Made by a program: the position numbers and the translations under genes. DNA of 64,000 bases from Lewinellaceae bacterium (GTDB lineage Bacteria; Bacteroidota; Bacteroidia; Chitinophagales; Saprospiraceae): the NCBI GenBank assembly GCA_016716135.1, contig JADJWX010000028.1:160487-224486 (forward strand), written 5' to 3'. The first letter of the stretch is position 1, and each line of letters opens with the position of its first letter. The notes under the pieces are model-generated. The model searched no databases. It worked only from the letters and a program-made list of their open reading frames with translations, and was not told the DNA's origin. Positions 1 through 9,846 of this stretch are shown here, one piece after another.

Positions 1-83
1 GCAACCCCCTCTACGGCTCCCCTCCCCCCTTGGGGAGGGGTTGGGGGTGGGGTTGCTCCCCCCTCCCCAAGGGGGCCGGGGCC
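1..83. repeat. GC-rich palindromic, G4-forming repeat inserted in frame in ileS. It is related to the TIRs at 11119-11157 and 11657-11695 and is cut by the window edge.
   Basis: The + strand reads cccctccccccttggggaggggttgggggtggggttg, a 9 bp stem (CCCCTCCCC/GGGGAGGGG) followed by GGGG-TT-GGGGG-T-GGGGTTG. A second degenerate hairpin, ctcccccctccccaagggggccgggg, follows. On the ileS strand the region translates without stops as ...MEGNPF|[28 protein letters not shown]... Confidence 0.75.
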
Positions 84-1773
84 GAATGGATTCCCCTCCA
101 TCAGCCCAGCCGCCACAGCCTTGTCCACCTCCTTGCTCAACTGCTCAATTGAGCCGATGCACAGCTCCTCACTTTCATCTTCCGTACGCCAGATCGGCAA
201 CGGCACCCCCCAGTAGCGCGAGCGGCTGAGGTTCCAGTCCTGCAGGTTTTCGAGCCATACGCCAAAACGCCCAGTGCCGGTGGAGGCTGGTTTCCAATTG
301 ATGGTTTTGTTCAACTCGGCCATGCGCTCGCGGGCTGCCGATGCGCGGATAAACCAGGAGTCGAGCGGGTAGTACAGCACCGGCTTGTCGGTCCGCCAAC
401 AGTGCGGGTAGCTGTGTTTATATTTTTCAATGCGGAAGGCCTTGTTCTCGTCCTTAAGTTTGAGGGCGATGAGCAAATCCGTGGGTTTGAAATCTTTTTC
501 AGCCTGCACCTCTGCCGGGTAATATTCGGCTTTCACATAGCGCCCGGCAAAGTCGGTCACTTCCGGCACAAAACGGCCCTGTTTATCCACGAGGGGCAGG
601 ATGCGGCCTTTGTCGTCGGGCACGCCTATCATGGGTACGCCGTTTTCCTTGCAGGCGCGCATATCGTCGGCGCCAAAGTAGGGGGCGGTATGCACCACGC
701 CGGTACCGTCTTCAGTGGTCACCCAGTCGCCGGGCAACACGCGAAACCCATCCTTTTCGAGTTCCGGGGAGCTCACATAGGGCATCAATTGTTCAAAGTG
801 GACGCCTACCAGGTCTTTTCCCTGAAAGGTTTTCTCTACTTTAAACGGGATGTTTTTATCGCCCTCCTTGTAATCTTCAAATGCCAATGCCGCGTTTCCC
901 TCCGGAAAATAAGCCGGCAGGCGGTCCTTTGCCAACACCAGGCTAACCGGCGCGCCGGTGTACGGGCTGAAGGTCCGAACCTTGGCGTACGTGATGCCCG
1001 GGCCAACGGTAAGCGCCACGTTACTGGGCAGCGTCCAGGGCGTAGTGGTCCAGGCAAGGATGCGCACATCCTCGTCATCGGCATCAAACAGGAAGGCCGA
1101 CCGGTCTTCGCGTTTTACCTTGAACATCGCCACCGTGGAGAAATCTGTCACTTCTTTATAACAACCCGGCATGTTCAGCTCATGCGTGCTCAGGCCGGTT
1201 CCGGCAGCCGGGCTGTAAGGTTGAATGGTGAAGCCTTTTGTACAAAAACGATTCGCCGTTGGCCGTTCGTTTTTCGTACAGCCGCTGAAGCAGCCACCAG
1301 CAGGATTCGATGTATTCGTTTTTGAAGGTGATGTACGGATTGTCCAAGTCCACCCAGTAGCCCATTTTCCGGGTAATATCATCCCAGAGGTCTTTGTAGC
1401 GCATGACCGTGGTGCGGCAGGCCTGGTTGTATTCCTCCACCGTGATTTTTTTTCCAATATCCTCTTTGGTGATGCCCAGTTCTTTTTCCACCTGGAGCTC
1501 GATAGGTAAGCCATGCGTATCCCAGCCGCCTTTGCGCTCCACACGATGTCCCTTGAGGGTTTGGTAGCGGCAAAAAATATCCTTCACCGTGCGGGAAATC
1601 ACATGGTGGATGCCGGGTTTGCCGTTGGCAGAGGGGGGGCCTTCGTAAAACACGAATGCGTTTTCGGCCGGGCGCTGGTCGACGGATTTTTTAAAGATCT
1701 GTTCATCGTCCCAAAACTGGAGGATCTCGGCGTCGATGCTGGGTAGGTGGAGGTGTTTGAATTCTCGATACAT
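1..1773 (-). CDS. ileS: Isoleucine--tRNA ligase (type 2), first ~590 codons. It runs off the left edge and has an apparent 1-nt frameshift at 1236-1239.
   Basis: The ORF from the ATG at 1773 reads [27 protein letters not shown]...[51 protein letters not shown] (HIGH-type motif). After a frame change at a T4 run on the + strand, my manual translation continues [32 protein letters not shown] ... [25 protein letters not shown] ... [18 protein letters not shown]. Confidence 0.9.
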
Positions 1774-1842
1774 ACTGTTGCTGCTTATTGTGTTTATCTG
1801 CTGCCTTACTTTTATTAAATGATTCAATTTTACAGGGTTTCG

Positions 1843-2633
1843 TCATGGTTTTCCCCAATAGTCTGCCTGCGCTTTTATTTTCCCTTGTTTGAAAAAGACA
1901 CCGCGCTTTGCACTGAGCGGGAATTTCTTGAACCCATTCCGGTTTCATAGGGCGGGGTTTCCTCCCGCTTTCACCACCGACAATAACCCAATCAATTGAA
2001 TCGAGATTTAGGTTTTGCAGTGGACCAATCAATGGTTCCAAGGAAAGGAATTTTACATGAGCGCCAGTCTGCCCAAGAATCGTCGATCAGAACCTCTGTT
2101 CTCAACAACACTCCATATTGGGCGTCCGTTCAGGGGGCGGTAGGCTGCAGTAAAGCCGCACGTTTAGTCATACTTGAAATGGTGTTGGGGCATTCATTCA
2201 TGACTGGAGACCGCGAATGTTCAATGGAATTTCTTCATGAAAAATCCTGCTGTTTCAAAATGACAGATGGCTTCCAGCGCCTCGGTTTGTTAATCTCCTC
2301 TGGATGCAGTGTTAATTTGAAGTCATTTTTATATTTTCTACCCTTGCGTGGCGCCCAGAAAGCTTCAGCTAACAAATTTGCACGGCGAATCCGTGCGCCG
2401 GTTGTGGTTCCGTTTGTTGGTCCTTCTGGTGGTGTGCCGGTTATTTTTTTTCGATAATCTCTTTTGCAATCTTCACTGCCGCGGTATTATTCGATGCAAA
2501 CACAAAATGGAAAATTGGGCCCTATTATTTTTAAAAGGGTTGGCGTCCATCGCGTGTCGGCTATTCTGTTGGGATTTGTAACCTTCGATGTGTTCTGGGT
2601 TTCAGAAAATAAACTTCCCTGTTTTGTTTTCAT
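1843..2633 (-). pseudogene. DUF5131 (phage Gp37/Gp68 family) gene, disrupted by several frameshifts and in-frame stops
   Basis: Manual three-frame translation recovers family-typical blocks scattered over the frames: SEDCKRDY (the CxxCY region), [117 protein letters not shown], and GVFFKQGK...YWGKP followed by a stop. The region is low GC and rich in homopolymers. Confidence 0.6.
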
Positions 2634-3381
2634 AGAAAAGTTGGCGAATTTCTTCTCAATAAAAAAATGACTCAAGCTTTTTAATAGACTTTAATTCTCC
2701 TTTCCGATCTAAGAGCCTATTAACAATTACACCAGTAGGAAGCAAAATCCATAAATCAGAATGAGTTCCTCTCAATTTTGAAATTGAATCCCATTGAATT
2801 TGCATGCCAAACGGGTCTAAAAAAATGAGAGCGGCAGTGGTTTGCTGCTGGCGCTTTCAGAACGTTGCAACACCGGCCACCCCTTGTAGCGTTTATTAGC
2901 CACCGGTTTGATTCATTTTGATCAAAAATACAAAAAGGCGCATTGAGTCGAATCACACGTTCAGCCGCTCCTCTGTAAACTTCCATTTCTTCTTCCCTAA
3001 TATCAATCAACCTTAAGCATCAACCCTGGCTTTCGTCACCGCCCCCGGGGCCATCAAAAAAATTGTTCGACCGGATGCGTTCATAAGAAATACGCTGTTA
3101 CATTGATAAACAAATTTTCCGTCCAGCCCCCAAGTTTGCACAGGTGATTTGTTCCGAGGTCTTGTTCCATTTACTGAGTGAAAAAACAAATTTACGCACT
3201 TAAAACAAAGTGTGTTATATTTGGAAAGTGCAACCCATGTGCACACTTGCCGGGGTTTTTATTTCCTAAAAAGCAAAACCGCGCGTCAGGTGTGCAACCC
3301 GTTGCGAATAATAATGCTGTTGGAAATTATTTGTGCGAATAGCATGGTGCAAAGATAAACAGAATTTTAATGCAGATGGTT

Positions 3382-3915
3382 TTAGCCCTGAACTTTGCTG
3401 CGGGCCTTCAATTCCCGGACCAGCAAATCCAACGCAGTTAACGCCGCATTCGGGAAACGGCCATCATCCACCCAGCAATGGTACCCACCCAGGTACTGCA
3501 TGCCCAAATACGCCGCACTCTCCCGAAAGGGCATGTAAAAACCGGATACCAGATCATCATCTTCGCTGCAACTGATTGCAGCCATGGATTTACCGCGCAG
3601 CCTGCGGCCTACATCTTTCCGGATTTTCAGCAAATCGCTCAACCGGTCGAAAAATGTTTTCATCACCGCGCTCATCGTATACCAGTACACTGGCGTGGCA
3701 AAAATCAGGGTGTCGTAGCGGCTGGTGATCGATTCCATGAGCGGAAGAAAGTCGTCGTGCCGGTTTTTAAAATCGTAGTCGAAATAGCCGATCTTAAAAT
3801 TATTCAGGTCGAGCACATCGCACTGGAGTTTTTCGGCCAGGTAATTCACGGCTTTCCTGGTATTGCCGTTGCTGTTGGAACTGCCCAGAATGATCACGGT
3901 ATTGGATGCTGCCAT
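3382..3915 (-). CDS. Flavodoxin-like fold NAD(P)H-dependent oxidoreductase
   Basis: 177 aa. It begins MAASNTVIILGSSNSNGNTRKAV and contains ...YDTLIFATPVYWYTMSAVMKTFFDR, typical of the FMN-reductase/flavodoxin-like family. Confidence 0.7.
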   Translation of the reverse strand: MAASNTVIILGSSNSNGNTRKAVNYLAEKLQCDVLDLNNFKIGYFDYDFKNRHDDFLPLMESITSRYDTLIFATPVYWYTMSAVMKTFFDRLSDLLKIRKDVGRRLRGKSMAAISCSEDDDLVSGFYMPFRESAAYLGMQYLGGYHCWVDDGRFPNAALTALDLLVRELKARSKVQG

Positions 3916-3924
3916 TTTTAAAAA

Positions 3925-4317
3925 TTAAGCATTGACCAAATGCCCCAGCTTCCAGCTCGCCCAGCAAACTACTGCGCCTGCCAACGTGCCCCAGGCCAGA
4001 TCGACTAAAACCAACGGCCAGGGCCAGTTGGCCAGGAGCGCCTTGTTCACCAGTTCATAAGTCGCGTAAGTTACCAGCCCGAAAAAGGCGCCGTTGAACA
4101 TAGCCCCCCTGGCTGTTTGGGCGGGCCCGATGCAGAAGAACAGCAAACCGGCGGAAAAGATCAGGTAAAACAACAAGCCCGCACCGAGGTCGGGTTTGGG
4201 CGCCAGGAGCCAACCTACCTGTTCGTGAATAAATTTTTTTGCAAAAAAATTAATGAACGCCAGGTCAAACGCGGCATACAATAGGAAGGTTATCAAAAAG
4301 TGCAACATGGAACGCAT
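3925..4317 (-). CDS. DUF2177 family membrane protein
   Basis: 130 aa with four predicted hydrophobic helices and a DUF2177-like pattern (FINFFAKKFIHEQVGWLL...TYATYELVNKALLANWPW). Confidence 0.6.
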   Translation of the reverse strand: MRSMLHFLITFLLYAAFDLAFINFFAKKFIHEQVGWLLAPKPDLGAGLLFYLIFSAGLLFFCIGPAQTARGAMFNGAFFGLVTYATYELVNKALLANWPWPLVLVDLAWGTLAGAVVCWASWKLGHLVNA

Positions 4318-4437
4318 ACCGGTAAAAGTAGTCCCTTTGTCCCGTATATCCGGTCATTTCTCGATCTGCTGCCACCTTTGTAAAATTTTATTTGTCATAT
4401 TCGCCATATAAGTCATTTCGAATCCTATACCCGAATC

Positions 4438-5316
4438 ATGCAACTCACTATCCGCAACCTGAGTAAAACATACCCCAACGGCGTCAAAGCCCTCCAAGAC
4501 GTTTCCCTCGATATCCCTACCGGCATGTACGGCCTGCTCGGCCCCAACGGCGCCGGGAAAAGCACCCTGATGCGCATCCTTGCTACCCTGCAGGATGCCG
4601 ACTCCGGCACCGCCACCCTCGACGATATCAACGTATTGAAAGACAAAGATGCCGTACGCCGCCTGCTGGGCTATCTGCCCCAGGAGTTCGGCGTGTACCC
4701 GCGCATCAGCGCCCTGGAAATGCTGCGGCACCTCGCCGTTCTGAAAGGAATTCCCGGCGCGCAGCAAAAAGAAGTGGTCAACGCTCTGCTCGAGCGTGTC
4801 AACCTTTGGGATCACCGCAAAAAAGCTGTTTCGTCTTATTCGGGCGGGATGCGCCAGCGCTTCGGCATTGCGCAGGCCCTGCTGGGCGACCCCAAACTGA
4901 TCATCGTCGACGAACCCACCGCCGGCCTCGACCCCGGCGAGCGCAACCGCTTCTACAACCTGTTGTCGGAAATCGGTGAAAATGTGATCGTCATTCTCAG
5001 CACGCACATCGTGGAAGACGTAAAGGAACTCTGCTCCAACATGGCCATCATCAACAGCGGCCAGGTGCTATACGCCGGCACCCCGGATGCGGCGCTGACA
5101 GCCTTGCAGGGGCAGGTTTGGGAAAAAGCCATTGCCAAAGCCGAAATTGAAGATTACCAAAACCGGTACCAGGTGATCTCCAGCAAACTGGTGGCGGGCA
5201 AACCCATCATTCATGTGCTCAGCGAAACGAATCCCGGCGATGGTTTTCAGGCTGCGGATGCGGATTTGGAGGACGTATTTTTTGCCAAAATTCTGGCGGG
5301 CCAGCTGACCGTTTGA
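4438..5316 (+). CDS. ABC transporter ATP-binding protein
   Basis: Walker A is GPNGAGKST, the signature is YSGGMRQR and Walker B is LIIVDEPTAGLD. Confidence 0.95.
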   Translation: MQLTIRNLSKTYPNGVKALQDVSLDIPTGMYGLLGPNGAGKSTLMRILATLQDADSGTATLDDINVLKDKDAVRRLLGYLPQEFGVYPRISALEMLRHLAVLKGIPGAQQKEVVNALLERVNLWDHRKKAVSSYSGGMRQRFGIAQALLGDPKLIIVDEPTAGLDPGERNRFYNLLSEIGENVIVILSTHIVEDVKELCSNMAIINSGQVLYAGTPDAALTALQGQVWEKAIAKAEIEDYQNRYQVISSKLVAGKPIIHVLSETNPGDGFQAADADLEDVFFAKILAGQLTV

Positions 5317-5389
5317 ATTTTACTCAATGCGCTGAGTAAAATTACTCAAGGCCCTGCGTAAACGGTTTTTAGAATCAACAACCTACCAC

Positions 5390-8300
5390 ATGTTCACCAC
5401 CTTCTTCTCGTTCGAACTAAAATCCTGGCTGCGCTCGCCCATGCCCTGGATATTTTTATTCATCATCGGGCTGTTGTGCTTTTTCGGCACCATTTCCGAC
5501 CAGGTGGGTATTGGCGGCAGCTATGGCAATGTTTGGAAAAACGCGCCGTTTGTGGCCCAAAACTGGTACGGCGTTTTCTCGATCCTTTGCATCCTGCTCA
5601 CCACGGCTTTCATGAACACGGCTGGTATTCGCGACTACGAAAACCAAACCAGCCAGATCATTTTTTCAAAACCGGTGGACAAGGCGGGCTACTATTTCGG
5701 GCATTTTGGCGGCGCGCTGCTGATCGCCCTAATCCCGATGCTGGGCGTCACGTTGGGCATGTGGACGGGCGTCGCCCTGAATGCCGTTTTCGAATGGATC
5801 GACACCGGACGCTTCGGCCCCTTCGAAACGCAGGGGCACCTGATGGGGCTACTGATTTTTGCCATCCCTAACACCTTTTTTGTGGGTAGTGTTTTATACG
5901 CCGTGGCCATTAATACGCGCTCTACGCTGTATTCTTTTATTGCGGCTACGGCGCTGCTGGTCGGGTATATCGTAGCCGGTAATTTGCTCCGAGATATCGA
6001 AAACGAACAACTCGCCAGCCTGCTCGACCCGCTCGGCTTCCGGGCCTTCAGCATTGTGTCGAAATACTGGACGGTGGAGGACAAAAACACGCAAGCTGTG
6101 ATGCTCGGAGGCAGCCTCCTGGTCAATCGCCTGCTTTGGTCGCTGGTTGGGCTGGCGGCGCTGATCATCGGCTACCGGGCATTTCATTTTGGCGAAAAAA
6201 GCCGCTCCCGGCGCAAGCAAAAAGCTGTGGAACCGGAAGCCCCCGTCGGCCTGCGCGCCTTGGGTGTTTTGCCGCGCGTTGCGCCCGCCAAAGGCTGGAC
6301 AACCACGCTGCGCCAACTTTGGAGCCAGTTCAAAACTGAATGGCTGGGTGTTTTGCGCAGCACGGCATTTATCCTGCTCACCCTGCTCGGGCTGCTCAAC
6401 TGCGTTCCGGGGATGTTTTTCGCCAACGAATCGTACGGCACGCACGAACTCCCGGTTACCTACACCATGATCGATGAAATCCGGGGCTCGTTTTACCTGT
6501 TCATCATTATCATCATGGTTTATTTCAGCGGGGCGGTCATCTGGAAAGAGCGCAACGCGCACATGAACGAGATCACCGACGCGCTGCCCACTAAAAACTG
6601 GACGGGCTGGCTGGGCAAATACGGCGCCGTGTTGGGCATTCTGGCCACGCTGCAAGTCATCGCAATTGTTGCGGCCATTGCGGCCCAGGCAGCTATGGGC
6701 TACCACCGCTACGAAGTTGGGGTGTACTTGCGCGAACTGCTGGTGGCCGACCTGCTCGGGTTCGCTTTTTTGCTCGTGCTGAGTTTTTTGATACAGGCGC
6801 TTTCGCCCAACATGTACCTCGGTTTTTTCCTCGTCATCATCCTGATCATCGTCAACGACTTTGCCTGGAGCGCGCTGGACATCGAAAGCAACATGGTCAT
6901 TTTTGCCAATCGCCCGAATTACACCTTGTCCGACTTTTATGGCTACCAGCCCTACGCCAAAGGCCTGAGCTGGTTCAACGCCTACTGGTTTTTGTTCTGT
7001 ACCCTGCTGGCCCTGGCGGCGTTTCTGTTTTGGCCGCGCGGCAAAGAATTTTTGGAAAAAACGGCTCAAACTCGCCAGGCTGGAATGGGCGAATTACCGG
7101 AATTTCGGCTGGCTGGCCCTCGTTGCCTGGCTCGGTACTGCCGGGTGGACGTTTTACAATACCAAAGTCAAAAACACCTACACCACCAGTCAGAAGCGCG
7201 AAAAACTGCTGGCCGATTTTGAGAAAAACTACAAGCAGTACGAAGGCCGGATCCAACCGCGCATTTACGACGTCAAGTACGATATCGACCTTTACCCCGA
7301 AACCCGCGCCTTGCATGTGAAAGGAAAATTTTACGCCTGGAATCGCTACGACCGGCCCATCGACACGCTTTTTGTCAATGTGCCGCAACACGGTAAGTTT
7401 GAGCTGAAAAACGCGAACCTCTCCCTGCTGCTGAACGATTCGCTGGTCAACTGGCGCATGTACCGGTTCAAGCCGGCGCTGATGCCCGGCGATTCGATTT
7501 TGCTGGAATTCCGGACCGACTTTGACCCGACCGGTTTCGACAACCAGCTCCGCTGGGGCCGAATCGTGCAAAACGGCACTTTTTTCGACAACACCGACAT
7601 CATCCCGGTTTTTGGCTACCAGGCAGGCTCCGAACTCACCGATAAAAACACCCGGAAAAAGTACGAACTGCCGGAAAAAAGCCGGTACCCGGCACTCGAC
7701 CGCACCGATACCCTCAACCGCATGGACGCGTACATCAGCCCGAACAGCGATTGGGTAAATGTGGAAACGGTGATCCGCACCGCACCCGACCAAATTGCCA
7801 TCGGTCCGGGCTCGCTGTTGCGCGAATGGGAGGAAAACGGCCGCCGTTGTTTTCACTACAAACTCGACCACGCGTCCTTCAATTTTTACTCCTTCCTCAG
7901 CGCGCGTTATACCGTGGCCCGCCGCGAATGGAAAGGCGTAAAGCTGGAGGTTTACCACCACGAGAAACACACCTTCAATGTGGAGCGCATGCTGAACGGC
8001 ATGCAAAAATCGCTGGAGTATTTCACGGCCAATTTTGGGCCGTACTACCACAAGCAGTGCCGGATCATTGAGTTTCCGCGCTATGCGCAGTTTGCCCAAT
8101 CGTTCCCCGGCACCATGCCCTTCGCAGAGGGTATCGGGTTTATCCAGGATTTCAAAGACCCCGACGACGACCTTGACCTGATGTTTTACGTGACCGCCCA
8201 CGAGATCGGGCACCAGTACTGGGGCCACCAGGAATGCGGGTCGTACATGCAGGGCAGTGAAATGCTGGTGGAAACATTTGCCCAGTGGAGCGCGCTCATG

Positions 8301-8975
8301 GTTATGGAACACGAATACGGGAAAGACCAGATGCGCAAGTTCCTGAAATACGAGATGGACAAATACCTGCGCGGCCGTGGCCGGGAGACGCTGAAAGAAT
8401 TGCCGCTGGCAAAATGTGAAGGGCAAGGCTACATCCACTACAACAAAGGCAGCGTGGCAATGTATTACCTCAAGGAAATGATCGGCGAAGAAAATGTAAA
8501 CGCTGCACTACGCGACTTCCTCGGAAAATACCGCTACGCTGATCCGCCCTACCCAACCAGTCTCGACGCGCTCGATGCATTTTACGCCCACACGCCCGAT
8601 TCGCTGCGCTACGTGGTCAAAGATTTGTTTGAAGACATTACCCTGTTTGAAAACCGCTGCCAGGAAGCAACCATGAAAGAATTGGAAAACGGGAAATGGG
8701 AAGTAACCGTGCAGATTGAATGCCATAAAATTAAAGCCGACGAACTGGGTAAGGAAACGGAAGTCCCCGTCAATGACTACATCGATATCGGTGCCCTGGC
8801 CAAACCGGCTTCCGGCAAGAAATATGGCAAGGTGCTTTACCGGCAGCGCGTGAAAGTCGCTCAGCAGAACAACCGGTTTACATTCACCGTAGATGAAAAA
8901 CCGGAAAGAGCCGGGGTGGACCCGTTTTCGTTGTTGATCGACCGGAATCCGGAGGATAATATGAAGGATTTGTAA
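5390..8975 (+). CDS. ABC-2-type permease fused to an M1-family zinc metallopeptidase domain, with an apparent 1-nt frameshift in the A6 run at 7056-7061
   Basis: The N-terminal ~550 aa is multi-pass hydrophobic. Removing one A restores ...PRGKEFLEKRLKLARLEWANYRNFGWLALVAWLGTAGWTFYNTKV...EKLLADFEKNYKQYEGRIQPRIYDVKYDIDLYPETRALHVKG. The C-terminal domain carries HEIGHQYWGHQ...LVETFAQW (HExxH plus a downstream Glu). Confidence 0.85.
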
Positions 8976-9022
8976 GGCCGACTGTTAGTCGGGCAGAAAA
9001 TGTCCAGTTGTATGGTACAATT

Positions 9023-9844
9023 CTACGCTGAAAACGAAATACCGATACCCGCACCCGGGTACCAATGATTTTCAGGTTCTTCCTGGAAATAAAGAAAATG
9101 CCGTCCGGTTTTAAGCGAAAAATCGGCGAGCGAACCCGAAACGTGTGCGTTGTCGCTTAAAATGACCGCTCGCTTGGTGAGTAATTTTTGGATCACTTCA
9201 TACTCCCGGCATTCGTATTCAACAGAGTGATCACTATCGTTTATAAACAAATCTATCGGTTCTTCTATTTTTGATAAGCTTTCTATAGAATCGCCATACA
9301 GGATTTTGCCAACTTCAGCATAGCGGCCGGTCAATAAATAACCGGCTTCCGGATTAATATCGGTGCCCAAATATTTTCCCGGGAGACCCTCTTCGGCATT
9401 TTTCAATAGTGCAGCGCACAACAGCACGGAGCCAAGGCCTTTGTCGACCCCCGTTTCTATGACGAGTTTGGGTTTAAGCGCCCGTACAAAAGCATACCAA
9501 CCCAGCCGGCGGCCGAACAGGATTTTTTCATCGGCAAACTTCCGTTGGGACGAGTTTCGGGTAGTTTCCAGAATATGCTCCCGCAACGCCGCGTCGTTTT
9601 GTGCCTCGTCGATGTACTTCCGGACGATTTGATAGTTTTCGTTCAAAACGGCCGACACCGTGAAACTCAGATAGTTCAGGTTACTTTGAGTCAGTTGGTA
9701 AGTGAAATTGGAGGTTTCGTTAGAATTGAAACCCCATTGGATGATTTGAATGTATTTGTGATTGAAATAGGTGCTGGCCAGGTAAATGCGACGCAAAAAA
9801 CGCAACAACCAAATTTTCTTAAGGGCTCTTAATAGTATTTCCAT
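9023..9844 (-). CDS. Class I SAM-dependent methyltransferase (O-methyltransferase-like)
   Basis: 273 aa. A motif I-like block reads LVIETGVDKGLGSVLLCA, followed by LGTDINPEAG and DLFINDSDHS. GC is patchy and lower than the neighbours. The ATG lies 2 nt after the stop of the upstream helicase gene. Confidence 0.65.
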   Translation of the reverse strand: MEILLRALKKIWLLRFLRRIYLASTYFNHKYIQIIQWGFNSNETSNFTYQLTQSNLNYLSFTVSAVLNENYQIVRKYIDEAQNDAALREHILETTRNSSQRKFADEKILFGRRLGWYAFVRALKPKLVIETGVDKGLGSVLLCAALLKNAEEGLPGKYLGTDINPEAGYLLTGRYAEVGKILYGDSIESLSKIEEPIDLFINDSDHSVEYECREYEVIQKLLTKRAVILSDNAHVSGSLADFSLKTGRHFLYFQEEPENHWYPGAGIGISFSA

Positions 9845-9846
9845 GA

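Noticed and set aside
1225-1250. Programmed +1 ribosomal frameshift or true pseudogenisation of ileS
   Set aside because: Four other unrelated genes in the window show the same kind of single-base indel in a short same-base run. Sequencing error is therefore the most economical explanation, although I cannot prove it without reads.
402-1325. 307-aa ORF on the + strand
   Set aside because: It lies antisense to ileS, whose conserved motifs fill the - strand here. It has no recognisable motifs and is a typical shadow ORF of a GC-rich gene.
1703-2041. 112-aa ORF as an intact gene overlapping the ileS start
   Set aside because: Only its first ~65 codons match DUF5131. The remainder is out-of-frame read-through past the real stop at 1843, so I treat it as part of the pseudogene.
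1843-3380. Prophage, suggested by the phage Gp37/Gp68-family gene
   Set aside because: No integrase, capsid, terminase, tail or att-like repeats are present. DUF5131 is also common outside prophages.
5894-8438. Two long - strand ORFs (391 aa and 487 aa) opposite the permease-M1 gene
   Set aside because: These are antisense shadow ORFs, rich in Arg, Gly, Ala and Val and low in complexity. The + strand carries clear ABC-2 and HExxH motifs.
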